Assembly: GCA_902593845.1 (NCBI GenBank)
Contig: CACJJV010000002.1
Coordinates: 15,028-79,027 of the forward strand
Origin: an uncultured Pelagibacteraceae bacterium
GTDB taxonomy: Bacteria; Pseudomonadota; Alphaproteobacteria; Pelagibacterales; Pelagibacteraceae
Reading direction: 5' to 3'
Length of the DNA stretch: 64,000 nt
Part shown: positions 45,497 through 54,787 of the stretch, piece after piece
Layout of the letters: each line of letters begins with the position of its first letter
How positions within the stretch are numbered: the first letter of the stretch is position 1
Program-made: the position numbers and the translations under genes
Notes under the pieces: model-generated
Told to the model about the DNA's origin: nothing
The model's database searches: none
What the model saw: only the letters and a program-made list of their open reading frames with translations

Positions 45497-47518
45497 ATGT
45501 CTAATGATAAAATTAATCAAGATTACTTAAAAAAGATTAAGTTATTTCAAAAGCATAATAAGCATTATTATAATTTAAATAATCCTTTAGTTAGCGATAA
45601 AGAATTTGATAAACTTAAGTTAGAAATTCTTAAACTAGAGAAAAAATATAAACATTTAAATAATATTAATTCTCCATCTAATTCGGTAGGCTTTAAACCA
45701 TCTAAAGTTTTTAAAAAAGTTAAACATAAAGTTCCAATGCTTTCTTTAGGTAATGCTTTTGATGAAAATGATTTAATAAATTTTGAAAAAAAAATTTTAA
45801 ATTTTTTAAATGAAGACAAGAACTTCAATATAATATATAGCGCTGAGCCTAAAATTGATGGTATATCAGCTTCTTTAACTTACAAAAATGGAAAATTTAT
45901 TACTGGTTTATCTAGAGGTGATGGGAAAGAGGGAGAGGATATTACTGAAAATTTGAAAACTATTGATGATATTCCAAATATTATAAAGTCAAAAAATTTT
46001 CCAAGAGAAATTGATATAAGAGGTGAAGTATTTATTCAAAATAGTGATTTTGAGAAACTAAAATATAAGTTTGCAAATCCAAGAAATGCGGCCTCTGGAT
46101 CTTTAAGACAAAAAGATCCTAAAGAAACAAAAAAAATTCCCTTAAAATTCGTTGCTTATACATTTGGTTACGAGAAAGGTTTAAAAGCTACATCACAAAA
46201 TGAATATTTAAAAAATTTAAAGGAATGGGGTTTTAAAACTAATCCTTTAAATAAAACTTTAGAAAAAATAGAAAATTTAATGAATAATTATCATGAAATT
46301 GAAAAAAAAAGGGGTGATATAGATTTTGATATTGATGGGATAGTCTATAAAGTCAATAATTTTCAATTACAAAAAAGGTTAGGGAATGTAGCTAATGCGC
46401 CAAGATGGGCTATCGCTCATAAATTTTCAGCAAATAGCGGAATTTCAAAAATAAAAGGTATTGAAATTCAAATTGGCAGAACTGGTGCATTAACACCGGT
46501 AGCAAAGATTAATCCTGTAAATATTGGAGGAGTAGTTGTTTCTAATGCAACTTTACATAATGAGGAGGAAATAAATAGAAAAGACATAAGGGTAAATGAT
46601 ACAGTTCTAATAGAAAGAGCCGGCGATGTAATACCACATGTAATTTCTGTGGATCTCAAGATGAGGGATAAAGACTCAAAAAAATTTGATTTTCCTCTCA
46701 AATGTCCTTCTTGTGGTTCAACAACTATTAAAGATTTTAATTTTACAACTAAAAAGCAAGATGCAGTTAGAAGATGTTCAAGTGAAGGATATGAGTGTAA
46801 AAAAATGTCTATAGAAAAAATTAAACATTTTGTTTCAAAAGAAGCTTTTAACATAGAAGGTTTTGGTAAAAAGATAGTTGAGAATTTTTGGAATTTGAAT
46901 TTGATTAAACTTCCACCAGATATATTCAAACTTGATTTTAAAAAAATAGAAGGTTTGGATGGGTGGGGTAAACAATCCGTCGCTAATCTAAAGTATTCTA
47001 TTAATTTAAGAAAAAAAATTTCTTTTGAAAAATTTATCTATGCCTTGGGCATTAGGCACATTGGTTTAGAAAATGCTAAAATTATATCTAAGAATTTGAA
47101 ATCATTTAAAAATTTTTTAGCACTTTCAAAAAAGAGTAATTTCGATGATTTAATGAATATTGATGGAATAGGTGAGACTCAAATTAATTCAATTAAAAAT
47201 TTTTTTAATAATGATACAAATTTAAATGTTTTGAAAAGTTTGGATGAATTGCTTGAGGTAAAAGACGCAGAGACACCTAAAGCAGGTGGTTTATTAAACA
47301 ATAAAACATTTATGTTTACAGGCAAACTCTCAAATATGAGCCGTTCTGAGGCAAAATCTTTAATAGAGCAAAATTCTGGATCAATAGTTAGCAATGTTAC
47401 GAAAAAACTTGATTATCTTATCATTGGTGAAAAACCAACTAATAGGAAAGTCGATGCAGCAAAAAATTTGGGTGTAAAAATTTTAGACCAGTCTTCTTGG
47501 TTAAAGATGCTTAAATAA
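45497..47518 (+). CDS. ligA: NAD-dependent DNA ligase
   Basis: KIDG, RGDG..GE, NPRNAA.GSLRQ, zinc finger, HhH, BRCT. Confidence 0.98.
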   Translation: MSNDKINQDYLKKIKLFQKHNKHYYNLNNPLVSDKEFDKLKLEILKLEKKYKHLNNINSPSNSVGFKPSKVFKKVKHKVPMLSLGNAFDENDLINFEKKILNFLNEDKNFNIIYSAEPKIDGISASLTYKNGKFITGLSRGDGKEGEDITENLKTIDDIPNIIKSKNFPREIDIRGEVFIQNSDFEKLKYKFANPRNAASGSLRQKDPKETKKIPLKFVAYTFGYEKGLKATSQNEYLKNLKEWGFKTNPLNKTLEKIENLMNNYHEIEKKRGDIDFDIDGIVYKVNNFQLQKRLGNVANAPRWAIAHKFSANSGISKIKGIEIQIGRTGALTPVAKINPVNIGGVVVSNATLHNEEEINRKDIRVNDTVLIERAGDVIPHVISVDLKMRDKDSKKFDFPLKCPSCGSTTIKDFNFTTKKQDAVRRCSSEGYECKKMSIEKIKHFVSKEAFNIEGFGKKIVENFWNLNLIKLPPDIFKLDFKKIEGLDGWGKQSVANLKYSINLRKKISFEKFIYALGIRHIGLENAKIISKNLKSFKNFLALSKKSNFDDLMNIDGIGETQINSIKNFFNNDTNLNVLKSLDELLEVKDAETPKAGGLLNNKTFMFTGKLSNMSRSEAKSLIEQNSGSIVSNVTKKLDYLIIGEKPTNRKVDAAKNLGVKILDQSSWLKMLK

Positions 47519-49208
47519 AACTTGCTAACCATTTTTTTTCATTTCTATTTAAAAATGGAGATATTTTTGAGTAAACTTTTAAATGATAATTAAAGAGATA
47601 GTTTTTTTCTTGCTTCGTTAATAGCTTAAAATTGATTAATTCTTTTTCTATTGGAGCCAAAGTTAAATTTTCAAATTCTAATTTTCTTCCAATTTTTTTT
47701 ACATATACTAAATTTTCAATACGAATTCCAAATTTATCCTTTTTATAATAACCTGGTTCATTACTAAGTATCATGCCCTTTTGAATTTTTACTGAATTAC
47801 GTTTCGAGATTGCTTGAGGTCCTTCATGAACATTAAGAAAAAAACCAACTCCATGTCCTGTGCCATGGTTATAATCTAGATGGTCTTTTTTAAGAAATTT
47901 TCTTGCGTCTTTATCAATGAGTTTTCCAGTTTTTTTTTTATTAAGATCAGTTTGTGCAACAGCAATATGTCCTTTTAAAACATTTGTAAAAATTTTTTTA
48001 ATATTTTTATTTTGATTTTGAAAGCAGATAGTTCTCGTTACATCTGTTGTACCAAATTTATACTGACCACCAGAGTCACATAGAAATATCTCATTTTTTC
48101 TTAAGAGCTTTGTTTTATTTTTTGTAGCTCTATAGTGAATAATTGCTCCATTTTTTCCACTACCTGCAATAGTATTAAAACTTGGAAATAAATATTTTGA
48201 ACTCATTCTTCTAAATTTTTCTAATCTATTTTGAGCTTGAACCTCAGTTATATTCAGCTTTTTTAGATTTTTTATCCAGTAAATAAACCTAGTTAACGCA
48301 ACTCCATCTATAACATGAGCGCTTATCATATTTTTGATTTCAATATTATTTTTTATTGACTTAAGAATATAAATTGGATCTTCTTTTTTGGTTATTTTCA
48401 ATTTTTTTTCTATTACTTTTTCTAAATATAAAGAACATGTTTTTTCATCTATTAAAATGGTTCCTTTTTTTAATCTATCAAAAAAATCTAAAATATATCT
48501 CGGATCAATTACCTGTTTTTTTTGCAGTTTTTTCTCACTTAAAAGTTTTGTTGTTTTATTTTTTTCAACAATTAGGAAAATTTGTTTTTCTTTTGTAAGT
48601 AAAAGATTACTATTTGGTATTGGGCTTGTTGGATTATCGTATCCTCTAATATTTAATAACCATGCAACATTTTCTGGTGCTGTAATAAATAAATAATCAT
48701 ATTTATTTCTTTTTAGAAAAGATGAAACCCTAGAAATTTTTTTGTGATGAGTCTCACCAGCTATACTTTTATCAATTGAGTAAAATAAGGATTTTTTCTT
48801 ATTCTGTATTTTTGAAATTTTATCAATGAGATTTTCTTTTATAATAGTAACTTTATTCTTTTTTAAAAAAAAATTCTTAATTTGTTTAGAGGTAAACAAT
48901 GAAGGATCAATTCCTAAATTCAAATTTTTAAAAACACTTGTATTAATAATTTTTGAGTAATCTAAAATCTTAAAATTTTTGCCACTTTCAATTTTACTTT
49001 GGATCGTATATCTTCCATCGACAAAAAGGTAGTTTCTACTTTTTAAAATTACCGCATAACCCGCAGATCCTGTGAAATTTGAGATAAATTTAAGCCTATC
49101 CTTATTAGAATATTCAGAGAAAAATTCATCATTTTTAGGTACAACATATCCATCAATTCCATATTTTACAAATTTACTTCTAAGTTTATTTATTCTCTTT
49201 TTTATCAT
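47511..49208 (-). CDS. Xaa-Pro aminopeptidase (M24B, aminopeptidase P)
   Basis: DGRY, DSG.QY..GTTD.TRT, HGTGHGVG..L.VHEGP, EPG.Y, G.RIEN. Confidence 0.94.
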   Translation of the reverse strand: MIKKRINKLRSKFVKYGIDGYVVPKNDEFFSEYSNKDRLKFISNFTGSAGYAVILKSRNYLFVDGRYTIQSKIESGKNFKILDYSKIINTSVFKNLNLGIDPSLFTSKQIKNFFLKKNKVTIIKENLIDKISKIQNKKKSLFYSIDKSIAGETHHKKISRVSSFLKRNKYDYLFITAPENVAWLLNIRGYDNPTSPIPNSNLLLTKEKQIFLIVEKNKTTKLLSEKKLQKKQVIDPRYILDFFDRLKKGTILIDEKTCSLYLEKVIEKKLKITKKEDPIYILKSIKNNIEIKNMISAHVIDGVALTRFIYWIKNLKKLNITEVQAQNRLEKFRRMSSKYLFPSFNTIAGSGKNGAIIHYRATKNKTKLLRKNEIFLCDSGGQYKFGTTDVTRTICFQNQNKNIKKIFTNVLKGHIAVAQTDLNKKKTGKLIDKDARKFLKKDHLDYNHGTGHGVGFFLNVHEGPQAISKRNSVKIQKGMILSNEPGYYKKDKFGIRIENLVYVKKIGRKLEFENLTLAPIEKELINFKLLTKQEKNYLFNYHLKVYSKISPFLNRNEKKWLASFI

Positions 49209-51241
49209 TTAAGTCTCTTCTGATATCGAACCCAACCAGGACTTCTTTTAGAATCATCGTCTAATTCTAAATCTTGATTAAACTCAAATTCCTCAAATGT
49301 ATCTTTATTTTCATCAAAATATGAATTTTTTTCTAAATTATTTTCTGGAAGTTCATCAATAAATCTCGATGCCATACTATCTATCCAATCACCTTGGTAA
49401 AACCTATTCATTGAGAACGAGATAATTGCATTCTTTTTAGCTCTAGTGATTCCCACATAAGCTAATCTTCTCTCCTCCTCTAAACCATTGTGTCCTTTTT
49501 CTTCTATTGATTTTTGATGAGGAAACAGTCCCTCTTCCCAACCAGGTAAAAAAACAACGTCAAATTCCAATCCTTTGGCAGCATGCATAGTCATCATATT
49601 GATTTTTTCACCCTCCCAATCTTGATCAATAGACGTCGCAAGAGATACATGATCTAAAAAACTCTCTAAGTTGTCAAACTCTTTCATGGCACTTAATAAT
49701 TCTTTAATATTTTCTAAACGATTTTCATTTTCAAGATCTTTTTTATTTTTTAACATTGCAGAATATCCAGACTCATCTAAAAGAATTTGTAATAATTTCA
49801 CATGATTAAATTTTTTAATTTTTAAATCATTCCTCCATTTAGAAATTAAATCTAAAAATAAAGTTAAACCTATTTTTGCTTTTGGTTTTATTAGATTTTG
49901 CTGCATCATTTTTCTTGATGAACTCTCTAAGCTAATTTTATTTTTTTTCGAGAATTCGTGTATTGTTTTAATTGTGCTTTCACCGATAGACCTTTTAGGA
50001 TTATTTACAATTCTTTCAAAAGCTAGATCATCTTTTTCTTGATTAATCAATCTTAAATAGGCTACACAATCTTTAATCTCAGCTCTTTCATAAAATTTAA
50101 TTCCCCCCAAAATTCGATAAGGCATACCAATTTTTAAAAATCTTTCTTCAAATTCTCTTGTTTGAAAAATTGCTCTTACCAAAATTGCAATATTATTAAG
50201 TGAATATTTTTTTTTTATATTCTCAACTTCATCTGAAATCCCTATTGCTTCATCTTTTCCATTTTTAAAACAATTTAATTTTATGAGATCTCCTTCATCC
50301 ATTGTAGATTTTAAAGTTTTGCCAACCCTATTTTCATTGTTAGAAATTAACGATGAAGCAACAGATAAAATATTTTTTGAAGATCTATAATTCTCTTCCA
50401 GTCTTATTATCTTGGTATTTTCATAAATCTTATCAAAATCTAGAAAATTTTTAATTTCAGCTCCTCTCCAGCTATAAATTGATTGATCATCATCTCCTAC
50501 ACAACATATATTCTTATTTTTTTCTGCTAATAAATTAAGCCATTGACTTTGAATATAATTTGTATCCTGATATTCATCGACAAGAATGTATTTAAAATTT
50601 TTAGAATAAATTTCCCTAATATCTTTATTTTTTTTTAAAATTTTAACTGAATGCAAGATTAGATCTCCAAAATCGCAGGCATTCAACTCAATCAATTTCT
50701 GTTGATAAATTTTGTAAACTGGTAAGATAGTTTTTTCATAAATATCCTTAGAATTAATCTTTACCTCATTTGGATAAAAACCTTTATTTTTCCACTTATC
50801 TATTATTGCGATAACATATCTTGGTGCGAGCTGTTTGACGTCAATATTTTCTGCTTTACAAATGTTCTTAATCAATCTGATTTGATCATCAGTATCAATA
50901 ATTGTAAAATTTGAGTTTAGATTTACAGCTGGAGCATGTTTCCTCAGCAATTTTGCACATATCGAGTGAAATGTTCCAAGCCAAGACAAACCAACAGCAG
51001 ATGATCCTAAAATATTACTTACTCTGTTCTGCATTTCTTTCGCTGCTTTATTTGTGAATGTCACAGCAAGAATTTGATTAGGATAAGCATTTTTACTCTT
51101 AATTATGTGTGCAATTCTGCTTGTTAAAACTTTTGTTTTACCTGATCCAGCTCCAGCAACTATTAATAATGGTCCATCTAAAGCCAAGACAGCTTCTTTT
51201 TGGGCCTCATTGAGATTTTTTAAATAATCAGAGTTTACCAT
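49205..51241 (-). CDS. uvrD: ATP-dependent DNA helicase UvrD/PcrA
   Basis: AGAGSGKT, TFTNKAA, DEYQD, VGDDDQSIY, NYRS, H.AKGLEF, EERRL.YV.ITRA. Confidence 0.95.
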   Translation of the reverse strand: MVNSDYLKNLNEAQKEAVLALDGPLLIVAGAGSGKTKVLTSRIAHIIKSKNAYPNQILAVTFTNKAAKEMQNRVSNILGSSAVGLSWLGTFHSICAKLLRKHAPAVNLNSNFTIIDTDDQIRLIKNICKAENIDVKQLAPRYVIAIIDKWKNKGFYPNEVKINSKDIYEKTILPVYKIYQQKLIELNACDFGDLILHSVKILKKNKDIREIYSKNFKYILVDEYQDTNYIQSQWLNLLAEKNKNICCVGDDDQSIYSWRGAEIKNFLDFDKIYENTKIIRLEENYRSSKNILSVASSLISNNENRVGKTLKSTMDEGDLIKLNCFKNGKDEAIGISDEVENIKKKYSLNNIAILVRAIFQTREFEERFLKIGMPYRILGGIKFYERAEIKDCVAYLRLINQEKDDLAFERIVNNPKRSIGESTIKTIHEFSKKNKISLESSSRKMMQQNLIKPKAKIGLTLFLDLISKWRNDLKIKKFNHVKLLQILLDESGYSAMLKNKKDLENENRLENIKELLSAMKEFDNLESFLDHVSLATSIDQDWEGEKINMMTMHAAKGLEFDVVFLPGWEEGLFPHQKSIEEKGHNGLEEERRLAYVGITRAKKNAIISFSMNRFYQGDWIDSMASRFIDELPENNLEKNSYFDENKDTFEEFEFNQDLELDDDSKRSPGWVRYQKRLK

Positions 51242-51273
51242 TTGTATAATTTAATTATAAGTTTCAGCAATTT

Positions 51274-52857
51274 ATGTTTAATTTAAGTTTTTATAAAAAA
51301 AAGTTAAAAAAATTATTATTACCAATTAATAGAATTATAGGAAGTTTTTTTACTGAATTAAATAGGTCAAAGTCACAATCAAATACGCAAACACCTATAA
51401 AAAAAAAAATAATTCAGCTAGATGGAAGGATTGAAAGTTTTTTTGATAAATTTAAAAATTTAAGAAAATTCAATCAGAACAAGAAAAAATTTTTTTATCT
51501 AAATAACAAGATAGCAGTCTCTATTGCCTCATTGGTAATACTTTTTTTTAGTTATTTTTTAATTCCTGCATTTTACAATGAGGATAACATCAAAACTTCT
51601 CTAACAAATCAAATTTCAGATAGATATGATATAAAAATTGAATTCAATGAAAAAGTTAAATATGGATTATTTCCTAAACCATTTTTTTATACTAAAAATT
51701 TAGATATTAAATATAGGGAAAAAGTTATTTCTAACTCAGGATATGTTAAGTTTTACATTTCATTTGATAATTTCTTTTTATCAGAAAATATCTCGTTAAA
51801 AAATATAGTATTTCAAAACACAGAATTTAATATTAACTCAAATAATATTAATTTTTTTCTTAAAGCTTTAAATAGCTCTGATAAAGAAAATCAGTTTATT
51901 TTCAAAAAATCTAAATTTTTTTATAAAGATCAAAATGATGATTTATTATTTCTATCAAAAATAAATAATTTTAGTTTTTTTTATGATGATGTTAAAAATT
52001 TTCAAAAAGTAAAATTAAATTTCGAAGTATTTAATGTACCATTCAAATTAGATATTTCAAAAAATATTGTTAATGAAAATAAAAATATTAAATTATCTTC
52101 AAAAAAGATCAGACTAGATATTGAAACCTCTATTGAACATGAAGAGTCTGAAATAAGCGGTTTTTTTGATATTACATTAATTAATAAAAAAAATTTATTT
52201 GAATATATAATTAAAGATAACTCCTTAAATTTTTCATCGTCACAAAAAGATTTTCGAGGTGAAGTAAATTTTAAACCATTTTATTTTTCTTCAGATCTAA
52301 ATTTTAATTACATAAGTCAAAAAAAAATATTCCAAAGCGAATCTTTACTCGTAGATTTACTTGACTCAGAATTGTTGAATAATCCTAATTTGAATGCATC
52401 AATAAAAATAAATATTAACCAAATTGATAAATTTGAATATTTAAAAAATTTTGTTTCAAAAATAAATTTGGGTGATGGAAGAATCACTATGAAAGACTTT
52501 AAAACTTTATGGAATGAGTCTGTATTTATACGCTCCAATGAAATAGAGTTTCTAAATGACATAGATGGTAAAAAATTAGTTGGAGAAGTTACATTTAATT
52601 TTGAAGATATTGAAAAATTTTTTAGATACTTTCAAATAAAAAGAAATTATCGAGATGTCTTTGAAAAAATTAGATTAGATTTTGTATATGACCTTACCTT
52701 AGATAAATTAACTATGAATAATCTGAAAATTGATAACAAATCATTTGAAAAAATAGATAAATTTATAAATCAATATAATAAAAGTGAAAGCAATTTGCTT
52801 AATAAAGTTACTATTAGAAATTTTATAAAAGAATTTTTCCAAGTTTACGCAGGATAA
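51274..52857 (+). CDS. Hypothetical membrane-anchored protein, possibly AsmA-like
   Basis: One TM near residues 80-100 followed by a beta-rich region (..LFP.P.F); AsmA-family genes lie near fumC in other alphaproteobacteria. Confidence 0.5.
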   Translation: MFNLSFYKKKLKKLLLPINRIIGSFFTELNRSKSQSNTQTPIKKKIIQLDGRIESFFDKFKNLRKFNQNKKKFFYLNNKIAVSIASLVILFFSYFLIPAFYNEDNIKTSLTNQISDRYDIKIEFNEKVKYGLFPKPFFYTKNLDIKYREKVISNSGYVKFYISFDNFFLSENISLKNIVFQNTEFNINSNNINFFLKALNSSDKENQFIFKKSKFFYKDQNDDLLFLSKINNFSFFYDDVKNFQKVKLNFEVFNVPFKLDISKNIVNENKNIKLSSKKIRLDIETSIEHEESEISGFFDITLINKKNLFEYIIKDNSLNFSSSQKDFRGEVNFKPFYFSSDLNFNYISQKKIFQSESLLVDLLDSELLNNPNLNASIKININQIDKFEYLKNFVSKINLGDGRITMKDFKTLWNESVFIRSNEIEFLNDIDGKKLVGEVTFNFEDIEKFFRYFQIKRNYRDVFEKIRLDFVYDLTLDKLTMNNLKIDNKSFEKIDKFINQYNKSESNLLNKVTIRNFIKEFFQVYAG

Positions 52858-54233
52858 ATCATTTTTTTGGGGTCAACAATTTTATTGTAATCTTTTTCAC
52901 TAATAAGTTTAGATTTTAATGCTTCATGTTTGAGAGTTGTTTTATTTTTTAAAGCTAATTTAGCGATTTTAGCTGAGTTATCGTAACCAATATGTGGTGT
53001 GAGTGCAGTCACTAGCATTAAAGAATTGTCTAAATATTCTTTAATTTTAATTTTATCGGCTTTTAATCCCCGAATACAGTAGAGTGAAAAATTTTTTATG
53101 CTGTCAGATAAAAGATTAATTGATTGCAGAATATTATGTGCGATTAGAGGCTTAAATACATTTAACTCAAAATGACCATGTGATCCTGCCATTGTTATAC
53201 CGTTATGGTTACCTATCACTTTTACACACACCATGGTAACAGCCTCTGATTGAGTAGGATTAACTTTTCCCGGCATAATTGATGAGCCTGGTTCGTTTGC
53301 AGGTAAAATTAATTCTCCATAACCCGCTCTTGGACCAGATCCAAGAAATCTAATATCATTAGCAATTTTCATTAAGCTAACCGCAGTAGTATTTAATGTG
53401 CCTGAGAAGTTTACGATTTCATCATGTGCAGCAAGGGCTGCAAATTTATTTTTTGTAGGTTTAAATGGAAGTTTTGTAATTTTTCTTATTTCATTAATTA
53501 TTTTTTTATCAAAATTTTTTTTACTATTTATTCCAGTTCCAACAGCTGTACCTCCTTGGGCAAGTGAATAAATTTCATTTAAAGCCATACTAATCCTTTT
53601 TATACAATCTTTAATTTGAGACTGGTAACCTGAAAATTCTTGACCTAAAGATAGGGGTGTTGCATCCTGTAAATGAGTTCTACCTACTTTTATTATGTTT
53701 CTAAATTTTGATATTTTTTTTTTTAACTCTTGATCTAGCAACTTAAGGGAGGGTAATAATTTATTTTTTGTTTCTATTGCTATAGCAATATGCATTGCAG
53801 TTGGAAAAACATCATTTGTGGATTGAGATTTATTTACGTGATCATTTGGATGAACAGGTTTTTTAGAACCCTTTTTCCCTCCTAATTTTTCAATAGCTCT
53901 ATTAGCAATAACTTCATTAACATTCATATTAGTTTGTGTGCCAGATCCGGTTTGCCAAACTTTAAGTGGAAAGTGCTCATCAAATTTTCCAATGATGACT
54001 TCATTAGAGGCTGCAATTATCGCGTTAGAAATTTTTTTGGGAAGTTGTTTTTCTTTGAAATGTACTGTTGCTGCTGCTTTTTTTATAATTGCTATAGATT
54101 TTATTAAAACTGGTCGAACTAAAAAATCTCCAATATCAAAATATTTTTTTGATCTTTGTGTAGAGGCGCCCCAATATTTATCATTAGGAACATTTATAGA
54201 TCCAATACTGTCAAATTCTTTACGAAATTTCAT
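52845..54233 (-). CDS. fumC: Class II fumarate hydratase
   Basis: WQTGSGTQTNMN, SQS.ND, GRTHLQDA, GSSIMPGKVNP. Confidence 0.98.
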   Translation of the reverse strand: MKFRKEFDSIGSINVPNDKYWGASTQRSKKYFDIGDFLVRPVLIKSIAIIKKAAATVHFKEKQLPKKISNAIIAASNEVIIGKFDEHFPLKVWQTGSGTQTNMNVNEVIANRAIEKLGGKKGSKKPVHPNDHVNKSQSTNDVFPTAMHIAIAIETKNKLLPSLKLLDQELKKKISKFRNIIKVGRTHLQDATPLSLGQEFSGYQSQIKDCIKRISMALNEIYSLAQGGTAVGTGINSKKNFDKKIINEIRKITKLPFKPTKNKFAALAAHDEIVNFSGTLNTTAVSLMKIANDIRFLGSGPRAGYGELILPANEPGSSIMPGKVNPTQSEAVTMVCVKVIGNHNGITMAGSHGHFELNVFKPLIAHNILQSINLLSDSIKNFSLYCIRGLKADKIKIKEYLDNSLMLVTALTPHIGYDNSAKIAKLALKNKTTLKHEALKSKLISEKDYNKIVDPKKMIYPA

Positions 54234-54286
54234 TGATAATTTAATTATGTTTATATATTAAAAAATAGATAACTAACAGGAGCAAA

Positions 54287-54658
54287 ATGACAAATTTTGA
54301 AAAAGTAGGGACTTTTATGAAAACTTTTGGTCAAGACGTTAAACAGAATCCTTCATTTAGCACTTCTAAAATTAATCAACTAAGGGTGGATCTTATAAAA
54401 GAAGAACTTGATGAATTAATAGAAGCAATGAATAAAAAAGATTTAGTTGAAGTAGCTGATGCATTAACAGATATTCTCTACGTGACATATGGTGCAGGAC
54501 ATGCATTTGGTATAAATCTTGATGATTGTTTTGAAGAAGTTCAAAATTCAAATATGAGTAAATTAAACAAAGATGGTAAACCTATTTACAATAATAAAGG
54601 TAAAGTTATGAAGGGTCCTAATTACTTTAAGCCAGATTTGAATAAATTTATAAAATAG
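54287..54658 (+). CDS. MazG-like/PRA-PH nucleoside triphosphate pyrophosphohydrolase
   Basis: EE..EL...EVADAL.D..YV..G motif, SNMSK, GKV.KG.NY..P. Confidence 0.88.
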   Translation: MTNFEKVGTFMKTFGQDVKQNPSFSTSKINQLRVDLIKEELDELIEAMNKKDLVEVADALTDILYVTYGAGHAFGINLDDCFEEVQNSNMSKLNKDGKPIYNNKGKVMKGPNYFKPDLNKFIK

Positions 54659-54662
54659 TTTA

Positions 54663-54700
54663 AGGTGCGTTTTGCTGTGGATGTCCTAGATTTTTACTAC
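54663..54700 (-). repeat. Degenerate direct-repeat copy of the tmRNA 3' end (56256-56294)
   Basis: Manual alignment: 23 of 39 columns identical, 1 gap, 12 of 15 mismatches are transitions. Confidence 0.5.
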
Positions 54701-54787
54701 TATTCCTAATTTAATTGAATTGAAAAACCATTTATTATTTAAGAAAAGTAATCAGATCGCCAATTAGTAAAATGATATAATTATATT

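Noticed and set aside
46468-46929. 153-aa antisense ORF inside ligA, and the many other 60-120 aa nested or antisense ORFs in the track
   Set aside because: Fully contained in conserved genes, with the F/L/S/I-rich composition expected of antisense frames in an AT-rich genome.
54660-54731. Short minus-strand frame MVFQFN*IRNSSKNLGHPQQNAP* as a possible readthrough peptide
   Set aside because: No RBS or homology evidence; the region is better explained as a decayed tmRNA-end duplicate.
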